Shown here: in pieces, positions 28,850-38,483 of the stretch | How the letters are laid out: each line of letters starts with the position of its first letter | Position numbering within the stretch: the stretch's first letter is position 1 | Assembly (NCBI GenBank): GCA_031291905.1 | Contig: JARLIC010000137.1 | Coordinates: 1-49,761 of the forward strand | From: Minisyncoccota bacterium | GTDB lineage: Bacteria > Patescibacteriota > Minisyncoccia > UBA6257 > 2-01-FULL-56-20 | DNA: 49,761 bases | Direction: 5' to 3' | Notes under the pieces: generated by a model | The model's database searches: none | The model's input: only the letters and a program-made list of their open reading frames with translations | What the model was told of the DNA's origin: nothing | Program-made: the position numbers and the translations under genes

Positions 28850-28886
28850 TTGCGTGGCTCCGCCACAGTGGATACAATAGTCCACT
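28850..28886 (+). promoter_or_regulatory. Promoter with an inverted repeat around the -10
   Basis: TTGCGT-17 bp-TACAAT; AGTGGA/TCCACT flank the -10. Confidence 0.65.
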
Positions 28887-28930
28887 CGTGGCGAGACCAC
28901 AGGCGAATTTAAAGCGATCTGGGCAGCATT

Positions 28931-29500
28931 ATGGCCGACAACCCGAACAAGCCATCCACCGAAGAGATCAGAGAAAGGCTGCAAAAATCGGCCAGCGAAT
29001 CTCAAGGCAGCGTGGGAAAACAAACGATCCGCAGTCGCCGAAAAAACACATGGACAGACGAGCAGACAGCGATCCTCGGAACAATGCCGGACTACAAGGT
29101 TGCCGCAAAGCTTGGGCTCACTGTGAGCGTCGTCTACAACCGACGCTGCAAGATGCGCATACCGACGTGCTGGAACGATAAGGCTTATAGCGGGGATGCC
29201 CCGGCCGACTCGGACTGGACTCAGGAAGAGGACGACCTCCTGGGGACCCACAGGGATCACGTCATAGCTGGCAAACTTGGCCGGTCATTGGGCGACGTCC
29301 AAAAACGACGTGCGTCACTAGGAATACCAGGCTACGATAAGCCAGTCGAGCGGCCAGTGCATGAATCCGTTAGTCAAGACGCCAGGGTCGCACTGGATAG
29401 GATCATTGAACTCGTTGAGGAGATCAAGGATCGATCCGAAGCGATCGAGTATGCGGCGAAAGCAGTCGTCGACTACCTCGAATCCCAAAGCGATCACTGA
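28931..29500 (+). CDS. Tandem Myb/HTH-like repeat DNA-binding protein
   Basis: Two copies of WT.E...LGT..D..(V/I)A.KLG.....V...R....IP. Confidence 0.7.
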   Translation: MADNPNKPSTEEIRERLQKSASESQGSVGKQTIRSRRKNTWTDEQTAILGTMPDYKVAAKLGLTVSVVYNRRCKMRIPTCWNDKAYSGDAPADSDWTQEEDDLLGTHRDHVIAGKLGRSLGDVQKRRASLGIPGYDKPVERPVHESVSQDARVALDRIIELVEEIKDRSEAIEYAAKAVVDYLESQSDH

Positions 29501-29529
29501 GACCGCGTTGGCCAACCTTGGCCTCAATC

Positions 29530-29551
29530 GCCCCGCTAGCCGGGGCTTTTT
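29530..29551 (+). terminator. Rho-independent terminator
   Basis: GCCCCG-ctagc-CGGGGC + TTTTT. Confidence 0.85.
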
Positions 29552-29591
29552 CATGCGCGGAACCAAATCTCTTGCTTGCTAGGTTTTTCTC

Positions 29592-29620
29592 TTGCTATTT
29601 GGTCTTGATGACGATATAAT
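29592..29620 (+). promoter_or_regulatory. Sigma70-type promoter
   Basis: TTGCTA-17 bp-TATAAT; GGAGACGAG leader. Confidence 0.85.
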
Positions 29621-29662
29621 TCGGCAGTGGAGACGAGAGCAACGCAAGCCAAGGGGAATGAG

Positions 29663-30067
29663 ATGAAATTCACCATGTACTACAGGACGAGCCCTGGGGC
29701 CAACAAGACTAACGCCCGCGAAGGCGAATTCAACAGCATGGAAGACGCCAGGGCGATGGCCCTGAAAGCGATCAAGGCGAAGTATCCCGATGGCGTGTTG
29801 CTCAACGTGGTCGAGTCGTCGCAGGCTGTTGAGCTGGTCGACTTGGACCGGGTCTTTAGCTTCTATTACAGGAAGGACACGCGGGGCGAGGTTAGCATCG
29901 GCCGGGCGGTTGGCGACAGCAAGGATGAAGCCGCCAAGGAAGCGACTAAAGCTGTCAAGACCGCCTATCCCGCTGGCTCTGTCTTGAAGGTCTTCTTGGC
30001 CAAGAACTCGCCGACGCTGGCCAAGAACGCACATGGCGTTGAGTGTGCCCCATCGCTGGTCTACTGA
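29663..30067 (+). CDS. Hypothetical protein with internal two-fold repeat
   Basis: F..YYR...S...A...A.KA.K..YP.G..L.V occurs twice. Confidence 0.75.
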   Translation: MKFTMYYRTSPGANKTNAREGEFNSMEDARAMALKAIKAKYPDGVLLNVVESSQAVELVDLDRVFSFYYRKDTRGEVSIGRAVGDSKDEAAKEATKAVKTAYPAGSVLKVFLAKNSPTLAKNAHGVECAPSLVY

Positions 30068-30078
30068 GGGGAAATGCA

Positions 30079-30618
30079 ATGTCGCTTGATTTGGAACAAG
30101 CCGCCGACATCCTGAGACGCAATCGATATCTCGGGATAGGAGACTGGTCGTACGATGGGTGCAGCGTCGTGGCGGAGGGCGTAGGCGTGCTATTTGACAG
30201 CCACGCGATCAAAAGGGCTAACGGCTATCTTGGAAGCGATCCCGAGTATCTGGCGAGCCTGGGAGGCGTGCCCGTGCTGAATGAGGAGGTTGAGAGCAGT
30301 CCGCATGGACAAGGACTTGTTGACAGCCTTGAACGGCTCAAGATGTTCCTTATCGAGAAGCACGAGTTTGACCATGCGGCAACGATAGTTAAAGCCAAAA
30401 ACTGCGCCAAGAACGTCATCGCTGAGTCAAAGGCTTCCGCCATCCCTTCCGCCGACGAAGCCCTGGCGATCATCAATGAGAACAACCACAACGGGCTCAA
30501 GTACAAGTTGTTCGTATCTAACGCCGGAACCACAGATCCCAGGAATGCCGCTTATGTTCTGCCTTATGAGGAGTTCATCGGCACCGCAATGTTCTACAAA
30601 GCCAAGAAAGCCAACTGA
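30079..30618 (+). CDS. Hypothetical protein with two H-type modules
   Basis: LDLEQAADILRRNRYLGIGDW and SADEALAIINENNHNGLKY resemble the C-modules of 2347, 2702 and 3427. Confidence 0.7.
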   Translation: MSLDLEQAADILRRNRYLGIGDWSYDGCSVVAEGVGVLFDSHAIKRANGYLGSDPEYLASLGGVPVLNEEVESSPHGQGLVDSLERLKMFLIEKHEFDHAATIVKAKNCAKNVIAESKASAIPSADEALAIINENNHNGLKYKLFVSNAGTTDPRNAAYVLPYEEFIGTAMFYKAKKAN

Positions 30619-30642
30619 GCCCCGGTTTCACAGGGAGGAACG

Positions 30643-31265
30643 ATGTTCAAGCGATGGATCGCAGGTTTCGCGACGTTTCTATTTTGCACGACGGCCGCCG
30701 GATGCGAGATCACGGCTTCGGCGCTCGTGCAGCAGGAGTGGAATACTGACCCCCGCGTTTTTACGAAGCCGGACGGCCTGGCGAAGGCGGAGGTCAAGGT
30801 TACAAGGTTGGTTGGGAAGGACAAGGTTAAGAAGTGAGTAATCTTGAAGAGGGCGATTCTTGCCCAGACAATTGCGGCGGGAAGATTCATTATCAAGTCG
30901 AGAACTGCTATTGCCACATCAGCCCGCCTTGCAGTGCATGCACTGACGCTTTGGCGACGTGCGATAGATGCGGATGGAAGGAGCCAGAGGGCAAATCTAT
31001 GCCAAATGGCGATTTTGTGGCACTAGCGCCGGGCCTCTGGACTTGGATCTCACACAAGAAGCCATCACAAGACCTCGGAGACGGGAAACGGATCTTCGAT
31101 TACGACTACGATTCGTCATCAGGATCAACCATGGTCTATCGAGGGCGATACGAAGGCAACGTGACGGCCAAGGACATCATTGAGGCACTTGGGGATGGAT
31201 CATTCGGCCATCGTGGGCCGATCCTTCGCAACGGCCATTTCACCTACACAAAGATCACTGACTGA
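30643..31265 (+). CDS. Putative lipoprotein (30643..30837) and Cys-rich protein (30834..31265)
   Basis: MFKRWIAGFATFLFCTTAAGC resembles a lipobox signal; C.CHISPPCSAC motif. Confidence 0.65.
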
Positions 31266-31284
31266 TCGGGAAGGATGCGAAGAA

Positions 31285-31596
31285 ATGAGCGAGCAACTCA
31301 GGACTTGCCCAGAATGCCATAGCGCCTACCCGAAAGTACGGGTTGTGACATGGAATGACGTCAACCATCGCACATGCTGCGGACTTTGCGGATACAGCGT
31401 TTCAAAACAGAGCACCAAGGAGGCGGCGATTGCGGTTTGGAACCAGCGTCCGCACTACCCTCAAACCGCCGCCATTCTTGAGGGGATCGCAGCAGCGATC
31501 AAGAGTGGCCGCTCGACGAGCATGTTCGGTCAATCGGTGTGCGTCGTCGCCGTTTCCGACCGCGAAGCATTCTTGAGAGAGCAGGGGTTTTTATGA
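31285..31596 (+). CDS. Lar-like (restriction alleviation) protein
   Basis: LRTCPEC...CGLCG...TKEAAIAVWNQR. Confidence 0.7.
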   Translation: MSEQLRTCPECHSAYPKVRVVTWNDVNHRTCCGLCGYSVSKQSTKEAAIAVWNQRPHYPQTAAILEGIAAAIKSGRSTSMFGQSVCVVAVSDREAFLREQGFL

Positions 31597-32150
31597 GCGA
31601 CCACGACGACGACCGAAGCCTGGTCGAGTGCGCTATCGGGATCGCTTCCGAGGCTCACGCACGCGAGTGGCGCAAGGGCAAGAACGGCTTGCCGTACATG
31701 GTCCACATCTACGACATCATGCGGTTCGCTCGCAAGATCGGGATCCCGACTAGCGATACTGATGTTTACCAGGCTATCGCACTCCACGACACGGTTGAGA
31801 GCGGGCTGCCGATCGGCATCATCAAAACGCTTCTCCCTCAAATCGTTCCGGTCGTCGAGGAGCTGACGTTCCTTGGGACGCCGGAAGAGAAGCCGGATTA
31901 CCTGGCGTCGTTCGCCGGGAAATCGGTCGTCGCTCTTGTCGTCAAGGTAATGGATCGGATCTGCAACGTCTGGGATTTCTACGATGACGGCGACCGGGAG
32001 TACGCCCGAAAGTATCTACAGAAGGCGTCCGAGCTTTGGATGGCGGCCTATGCCCGACGAAGCGAAATCATTGATCGCTTTGGGCAAGCCGTCTGGGACA
32101 ACCTGTCCTGGGAATACGACCATGTGTCCAACATGACCGACGAGTACTGA
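31593..32150 (+). CDS. HD-domain hydrolase, RelA/SpoT/Mesh1 (small alarmone hydrolase) type
   Basis: AH...RK...PYMVH; ALHDTVE; VEELT; VKVMDRICN. Confidence 0.8.
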   Translation: MSDHDDDRSLVECAIGIASEAHAREWRKGKNGLPYMVHIYDIMRFARKIGIPTSDTDVYQAIALHDTVESGLPIGIIKTLLPQIVPVVEELTFLGTPEEKPDYLASFAGKSVVALVVKVMDRICNVWDFYDDGDREYARKYLQKASELWMAAYARRSEIIDRFGQAVWDNLSWEYDHVSNMTDEY

Positions 32151-32157
32151 GAGGAGT

Positions 32158-32768
32158 TTGATATTGATTTCGACCGTCCGCCTAACCAACGCCCAGTCCA
32201 GCGAACGCCATAAGCACGGCTACAAGCTCGCGAGACTGGCGAACGCTGTATCGCACCACATTAGCGAGTTCGACGCCAAGGCGGCCGAGCTGAGGCCCTT
32301 CGCGAGCCGTGCCAACCACGCGATAGAGCAGTACAATAATGCGATCGCCGACGCGAACCAATTCCTGGCGTCGATCGGATACGACGGACTCCCGATCCCG
32401 ATGTTTCAAGTCGCGATTCCGGGGCAGATTGAGTACGATGATGCTATGCTTGACTACGCGTGCGAGCGGATGAGCGAACTTGGGATGGAGGATTAGGACT
32501 AGTGTTCGGCGACATCCACGTAGAGTTTAAGTGCTCGCGATGCGGCGAGACTGAAAATGCCAAGGTTGACTACTGGATCTCGTGCGATGGATCGCCGCAA
32601 CTCATGATGGAGACAGGGGGGGGGGATCGGCTAGCGAGCGAAGGCTGGGCCTTCGAGGAGCGAGTGGGTAAATTCGAGCACTGGCAGACCCCGTTTGTCA
32701 GCCGATGCTATGATTGTTCGTGCCGGCTTCAAAGGATGAGAGCCGAGCTTGCGAAAAAGGAAGGCTGA
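32158..32768 (+). CDS. Two hypothetical proteins (32158..32496; ~32502..32768)
   Basis: RBS; the second has CxxC pairs. Confidence 0.6.
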
Positions 32769-32959
32769 CGATGACCTACGCCGTCGGCCATGGCACGCCT
32801 AACGCCGGCGCCGGCTTTAGCAACACAGGGCAACGGAGACACATGAATGCTGGCCACATTCCGTAAGTTTTGGAAATCGGTGATCAACGCGGTTGCGAAG
32901 CTGTTCTCTTCCAGGTCGCGCCGCAGCATTAAGAGCATTGAAGAGAGGGAGATCGAACG

Positions 32960-33277
32960 ATGGGGGCCACTGTGAACGAGAACATCAATTACGCAGCCGA
33001 GCTTCGCATGATCGCTGGAGCCTTGAGACGCAAGATTCAATGGCCGGAAGAAGCGGATATCCTCGAAGCCGCCGCTGCCGAGATCGAACGGCTGAAGCCC
33101 AAGGATCTGAGCGACCAAGAGATCGCCAACACATTAAACAATATAGAGCATGGCAATGTAGACGACTGGCGTCCCCATTTCGGCAATTTCAGCAGCAAGA
33201 ATCTTTATTGCTCGATCGATCGAATCGTTGCCAAAGCTATCGCCGAGAAACACTGGCGAGAGAAGAATACGTCATGA
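32960..33277 (+). CDS. Modular hypothetical protein (ERL-joint family)
   Basis: IAGALRRKIQWPEEADIL (like 2702), EIERLKPK joint, H-type C-module. Confidence 0.8.
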   Translation: MGATVNENINYAAELRMIAGALRRKIQWPEEADILEAAAAEIERLKPKDLSDQEIANTLNNIEHGNVDDWRPHFGNFSSKNLYCSIDRIVAKAIAEKHWREKNTS

Positions 33278-33353
33278 CCAAATACGAATCCGGATTCCAA
33301 GGGTTTTATCGGGAACAAGTCGGGGAAGAACGTGGGGCCGAACTGGATGAAAG

Positions 33354-35680
33354 ATGAAGAAGGGAGTAGCGATGCTGATTAAGGCTGGAAAACACATGGT
33401 GAATCCTGATCGCGTGCTCATGATCGGCGATGCGTCTTACTCGAATGCAGACCAAAACAAGATCGAAGGCGTACGCCACGGTCTTGAGGTCATGTTCGAG
33501 GGCGGAAAGAGGCTGTCATGGGGAACGAGCGAATCGACGGAATCCTTCGCTGAAAGGGTTACGCGGTCGAAAGAACGCGAACAGGGATACTAGGAGGCGA
33601 CATGGGTTAAATCCATTTCTGGCAGATGACGGACGACTATGACAATTGCCCCCAATGCGGATACTTCGGTTTCCCTGACTGGTTTCATGGTGAAGCCGAG
33701 TTGTATTTTTGCGACGTCTGTAATCAGTCGTACGAAGTCGTCAGGATGGACGAAGAGGAACTTGATGATGAGGGGGAGTGGCAATGTGGACTAAAAAGCT
33801 TACGATCTTCACCGGGACTGCATGGTGCGGTCCACCTGAAAACAGGACTCGTTGCGGTGGATGCAATAGCAGTTATTTTATTTGCGATGAAGAGCGGAAC
33901 TTCTCTTGCGAGAATTGCGGAAGCCCGTTTCACGTCGAAACACCAGAGTATATCGAACGTATGTACAAGCTGACCGTCTATCTTAATGAGGATGAGCCGA
34001 TCATCGGCCCTGTGATCTATGAACGTATCAAGCGGGACAGGCGACTAGCACTAGAGGACTGAGGAGATGCCATGACCAACGACGATCAAGTGAAACTCGC
34101 CCAAGACATCCTGGACGAGACGGTCGGAGCCGCTGGACTGACCAACGACCAACTCGCCATTCTCGGGTGGGACGTTCACAAGTTCGGATACTACGGCAGG
34201 CCAACAGCCGACGAGAACAGGGACAAGGCCATAGATATTATTCGGATGGCCGAAAACGCAGCAGCGAACGCCGATGAGCATAATCGCAAGATCACTGATT
34301 CAGAATATCAAGACAGCGTCATTGCTCGCTTGGAAAACACGTCCGATGCATTGTGGGACGACGAGCCGTGCAATCGCAATCACCTGTTCGCGATGAGCGA
34401 TGCATTGGAACTGCTCAAAGCCCTGTGTCCGAGGCCGACCACGAACGATAACGAGGGCAATCTATGATCGATCAACCAGAACTATCACCCAAGCTCATCG
34501 CCAAACTGGAAGCCGCCGGTCTGGACCAGATCGCCGAGATCTTGTCCGCTCGTAACCGGATCGGCCTGGACCAGATCGACGACCTTCCCGATTTCGATCA
34601 AAACGTCGAGTGGGTTTGCCCCGAAGGTTATACCTCGCCGGTCGCGGAAGACGAACAGCTCAACTACTTCGCGGTCAGGGTGAGCACGAAAGCCCTGACC
34701 CGGCTCATCTACTTTCTGGCGACGGCCGACTGGAGCCGGATGGCCGTTCCGATCTCGCTGCTTCCGCCCGAAAAGCTGGCCGACCCGATCTTAAAGCGAT
34801 GGACTTGGATTTACGATAACCTGGCTGGCGAAGACGAGTGCAAGCGGCTGGCGGATTCGATCGTGCGGCGACGCACTGGAGACAACAGCGGGCAGCAGTC
34901 CTTCACTGTCGCGACCCCGAAGGCCGAGCATGTCTTCGTAACCACGTCTGACTGGAGAGGATTGTTGATTCCGGAGTACATCGCCAACCGCGAGCCCAGG
35001 CCGCAAGCCGGCTTCTCAAGATACCAGACCTTCATCGGCAAGGAAGTGACGGGCGAGAAGAAGATCAGAAGTGCGGCCCTGAAGATCGCCCGCGAGTACG
35101 ATAAGATCAAAATGAAAGACAAGTTCGACCCGGATGCGATGAGCATGGACAGCCGCCAGCGGTACTGGGTGTCGGCCGAACGGCTGAAAAAGCTTCAGCA
35201 CACGATGCGGTTCTTGCGGGCGACCGAGCCGCATGGAGTCATCGCCCAAAGCCACGCACTCGGCGAACTGATCGACCGGGGGTTTGAGACGATCCCGCCG
35301 GAGTCGGAGTGGAAGCGGAAGAAGCCGTTTCCGTGGGAGCTTATCTCGGGTAAAGTAGGTTCCCAAGAATGACCAATCCCCCAGCTAATCCGGAGAGGAA
35401 ACCAATGGACATCGGCAGGGATCACCAGATCACGATTCAGACATCGAAAGAAGTTTCGGATAAGCTCCGCAAGCTTATTCCAGCCCTTGACATTCAATTT
35501 TTTGGAAGGCCTCTGAAAAGCAAGTACTTCTATAATGCGATTCTGCTTTGGCTAGCTAATGCACCAGAATCGGAGATTCGTGAGTTCATCGATCCAAAGC
35601 TGCACGATCTCGCGGAGAGGATCGCTGGCAACGATAAACCTGACAACCCCGGCAGGTTTAATTTCTTCGGACCAAATTGA
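33354..35680 (+). CDS. Hypothetical proteins (33354..33593, 33626.., 33778..34062, 34072..34467, 34464..35372, 35369..35680)
   Basis: RBS and coupling; the Zn-ribbon ORFs at 33626 and 33778 overlap, so that boundary is uncertain. Confidence 0.6.
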
Positions 35681-35707
35681 CCTTTTGAAGAAACCACGGA
35701 TTGCCAC

Positions 35708-36145
35708 ATGGAGGCCAGCATGATGACGACTGCACGAATCACCGCGTCCAAGATCAAGCCGGCCGGAGCGAACTTAACGGCACGCGAGCAGCAGGTCTTG
35801 GACGCCGCCGCAAAGCTCGCCAAGCCGGGAGAGCCCGTCTCGCCATCGGCGATCGCCGCGAAGCTTGGGGTTGGGCGGAACTACGTGGGAACGGTCACGG
35901 CGAAGCTGAAAGCTAGAGGTCTGTGGAAGCATGCTTCGTCGCCGCGAGGAAGGAAAGCTGGGGGTACGGCCAAGGCGAAACAGATCGCTGTAGCCACGCC
36001 CGTCGCGACGCCAGTGCCAGCGAATCGAGAGGCCGATGTGATCGATACGCTGAAGGGCGTGGCGGACCTTCTGAGGCCGTTGAGCGAGGCGGATCGACGG
36101 AGGGTCCTGGAGTGTGCGACGGCTCTGCTGTTGCCGAAGGCGTGA
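35708..36145 (+). CDS. Winged-HTH transcriptional regulator
   Basis: LTAREQQVLD...VSPSAIAAKLGVGRNYVGTVTAKLKARGL. Confidence 0.75.
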   Translation: MEASMMTTARITASKIKPAGANLTAREQQVLDAAAKLAKPGEPVSPSAIAAKLGVGRNYVGTVTAKLKARGLWKHASSPRGRKAGGTAKAKQIAVATPVATPVPANREADVIDTLKGVADLLRPLSEADRRRVLECATALLLPKA

Positions 36146-36175
36146 GGGGAAGAAGGGAAGCCCGGAAACGAAGAT

Positions 36176-36201
36176 AGCCCTGGAACTCGCCAGGGCTTTT
36201 T
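36176..36201 (+). terminator. Rho-independent terminator
   Basis: AGCCCTGG-aactcg-CCAGGGCT + T-run; same stem as 22900. Confidence 0.9.
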
Positions 36202-36285
36202 CATTGGTCCGAGTTATCGTGGGCCGCGAAACATCGTAGAATGCTTGCATCGTGAGAACCGAGGACCAGAAAGCGAGACACGAGC

Positions 36286-36633
36286 ATGGCCGGAAAGCGA
36301 AAATCCAACCTTGAGACCACAGCGTACGCTATCGCAATCCTCGTGCTGCTGGTTTTGGGCGGCCCATTTATTGCTGGTCTAGCCGGCTTCGGAACGAAGC
36401 CAGCTGTCGAATTCGCGTCCGGAACCCTCGGGCTGCTTGTCGTCTTGGGAATCGCAGTCGTCGTGCTCTCGGTCTTCCCGCTGCTGGGAGCCTATGTCGC
36501 GAAACAGAAGGGGCGATCGACGACCGAGGGCGCGGTATTCGGATTCCTGCTGGGGCCGTTCGGCGTGCTGATCGAGCTGATGCTGCCGACGATAGAGGCG
36601 AAGAGGCACGGGCGACAGAGCAGAAAAGCATGA
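36286..36633 (+). CDS. Small multi-pass membrane protein (stand-alone moron-like gene)
   Basis: Three hydrophobic segments; YVAKQKGRS..EG..FGFLLGPFG; bracketed by terminators. Confidence 0.75.
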   Translation: MAGKRKSNLETTAYAIAILVLLVLGGPFIAGLAGFGTKPAVEFASGTLGLLVVLGIAVVVLSVFPLLGAYVAKQKGRSTTEGAVFGFLLGPFGVLIELMLPTIEAKRHGRQSRKA

Positions 36634-36646
36634 CCCATGAGTCGCG

Positions 36647-36673
36647 AAAGCCCCGCCGAAGCGGGGCTTTTTT
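36647..36673 (+). terminator. Rho-independent terminator
   Basis: AAAGCCCCGC-cgaa-GCGGGGCTTT + T-run. Confidence 0.9.
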
Positions 36674-36697
36674 GTTTGGCCGGGGGGGCCGGCGATC

Positions 36698-36989
36698 TGG
36701 TCCATTTTTTGGTCCATCATGGGCGTGGTCCAGGCACGCGCCCCCTGAAACTAGAATGCAAATTTGACGTAAGCCACATCATAGTAACGCATTTCGAGTC
36801 AGCCATAAGCCCAGGAAACAGGCCCACCCGCCCGACCAGCCCCTCATTACTATTGCGGAAACCCAAAACATGCGTTTTCTTTGAATTAACGCATTGTGTT
36901 GCGGTTAAACAGGTTATGCCGATCGACTCAATTGGCCTGGTTGGTCCACCTGACCGCTCGGCCTCCGATTTAATACAGAAAATGGTCCA
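36698..36989. other. Probable attP with arm-type repeats
   Basis: TGGTCCA direct repeats at 36698, 36710, 36726, 36942 and 36983 flank an AT-rich non-coding stretch directly upstream of the integrase. Confidence 0.65.
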
Positions 36990-36992
36990 GCC

Positions 36993-37021
36993 TTGATTGA
37001 CGCAGGCGGCCGGATTACCAT
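36993..37021 (+). promoter_or_regulatory. Possible integrase promoter
   Basis: TTGATT-17 bp-TACCAT. Confidence 0.45.
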
Positions 37022-37052
37022 CATCCCTCACCGAAAACCAGGGGAGGGAGCC

Positions 37053-38363
37053 ATGCCTGCGAAGTTCCTGATGTCGTGGATGCCGCGCGAGAGGCGATGG
37101 AAGAAGATGCATCGCGGGAAGGTCTACGTCGTCTCCTGTCGCCACCTCGGAACTCCGGAGACCAAAGAGGGCTCATGGAAGGAAGCGAACGAGTGGTGGG
37201 CGGCGACGAAGGCTGAAGCCGAAAAGCCGGCGGAGGATGGCCGCGTCACAAAGGCCGTGGCGATGGCCAGGGCGGTCCGAGGGTTCGAGGACCTGGACGA
37301 CGAGGGCCGGAGACAAGTCCTCGATTCCATCCTTGGCGGCGGTTCGTATCAGAGGCTTCTCGCTCAAAGCGATGCGACCACGAGCGGGGCCAAGGCCCTT
37401 CAGTCCGATCGATCCATTGAGGCTCATGTCGAAACGTGGCGAAGCCTCTTGCTCTCCGCCTGCGAGTCCGGGCAGATCAGCGCGGGGCGCTACGAAGCCT
37501 ACCTCGCGAACGTCGCCAAATTCGTCCAATGGATCGGACCCAAAGCCCTGATCGATTCGATCGACGAATCCAAGATCGAGAAGTTTTACGCGATCCTGTC
37601 GGCGAAGGTCGCCGAAGGAGCCTACGCGCCTTCGACGGCCCACGGGATCTTCATGACTGCGAAGCAGTTCATCCGGTGGATGGCCGAGAAGAAGCTGATC
37701 CAACTCCCAGGAAACATCGACTCGCGACGCCTGCGATTCAACCAAGGCCAAGCCTCGAAGATCGAGACGTTCACGATCGACGAGATCAGGGCGATCCTAG
37801 CGGCGTGCGACGAGTTCTCAGAGAAGGTCAAACTCTACGTCCTCCTAATGCTTGGGGGAGGCATGTATCAAATGGACATAGCCGAACTGAAGCAGGACGA
37901 AGTCGACTGGGAGAATGGGCTAATCACGCGAGCCAGGACCAAGACGCGGAATCAGGGTGGACCCGTCGTCACGTATAAATTATGGAAGGAAACCTTCTCG
38001 CTGCTCAAGAAGTACCGAAACAAAAAAAGTCCCCTCGTCCTGACGACAGGAGAGGGGAATCCGTTGGCACGGCGGTGGGTCGAATCAGGGAAGACGAAGC
38101 GATACGACTTGATCGGATCAGCCTGGGAGCGACTGGCCAAGCGGATGGGGATGGCCAAGCATCGCCTTGGAATGAAGCATCTGAGGAAGACGGGAGCGTC
38201 GATCTTGGCCGAGCATCCGCAGTATAAATACTATGCCGGAATTTACCTCGCACATGCGCCCCAGAGCGTCGGAGATAAGTCATACGTCGTCCCGAGCGAG
38301 TCTGAGTTCGCCGAAGCTTTGGATTGGTTGCGGGTGCAGGTCCTTGGGCCTGAAGGGGGCTAG
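37053..38363 (+). CDS. int: Tyrosine recombinase / phage integrase
   Basis: Arm-binding-like N-terminus, core-binding helices, RTKT (K), HLRKT, LAHA, C-terminal SY; GGGAG RBS. Confidence 0.85.
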   Translation: MPAKFLMSWMPRERRWKKMHRGKVYVVSCRHLGTPETKEGSWKEANEWWAATKAEAEKPAEDGRVTKAVAMARAVRGFEDLDDEGRRQVLDSILGGGSYQRLLAQSDATTSGAKALQSDRSIEAHVETWRSLLLSACESGQISAGRYEAYLANVAKFVQWIGPKALIDSIDESKIEKFYAILSAKVAEGAYAPSTAHGIFMTAKQFIRWMAEKKLIQLPGNIDSRRLRFNQGQASKIETFTIDEIRAILAACDEFSEKVKLYVLLMLGGGMYQMDIAELKQDEVDWENGLITRARTKTRNQGGPVVTYKLWKETFSLLKKYRNKKSPLVLTTGEGNPLARRWVESGKTKRYDLIGSAWERLAKRMGMAKHRLGMKHLRKTGASILAEHPQYKYYAGIYLAHAPQSVGDKSYVVPSESEFAEALDWLRVQVLGPEGG

Positions 38364-38468
38364 TTTCTTTTTCGCTTTCTCTTCGAGCAGCAGCATCAAG
38401 ATAATGTCCGCGAATTCGGCTTCCGTCATGTCAAGGTAAGGCTCATAGTCCGCGTGTTCCTCCGTCAT
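38280..38468 (-). CDS. Small hypothetical protein overlapping the integrase 3' end
   Basis: AGGAG RBS on the - strand after the MTase stop. Confidence 0.5.
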   Translation of the reverse strand: MTEEHADYEPYLDMTEAEFADIILMLLLEEKAKKKLAPFRPKDLHPQPIQSFGELRLARDDV

Positions 38469-38483
38469 GCGGTGCGAACTCCT

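Noticed and set aside
35985-36025. VATPVATPVPA tandem repeat
   Set aside because: Short low-complexity linker with degenerate DNA repeats.
1-38279. Numerous - strand ORFs in the left arm (and + strand ORFs beyond 38400)
   Set aside because: These are shadow ORFs of GC-rich genes, lacking RBSs, coupling and motifs.
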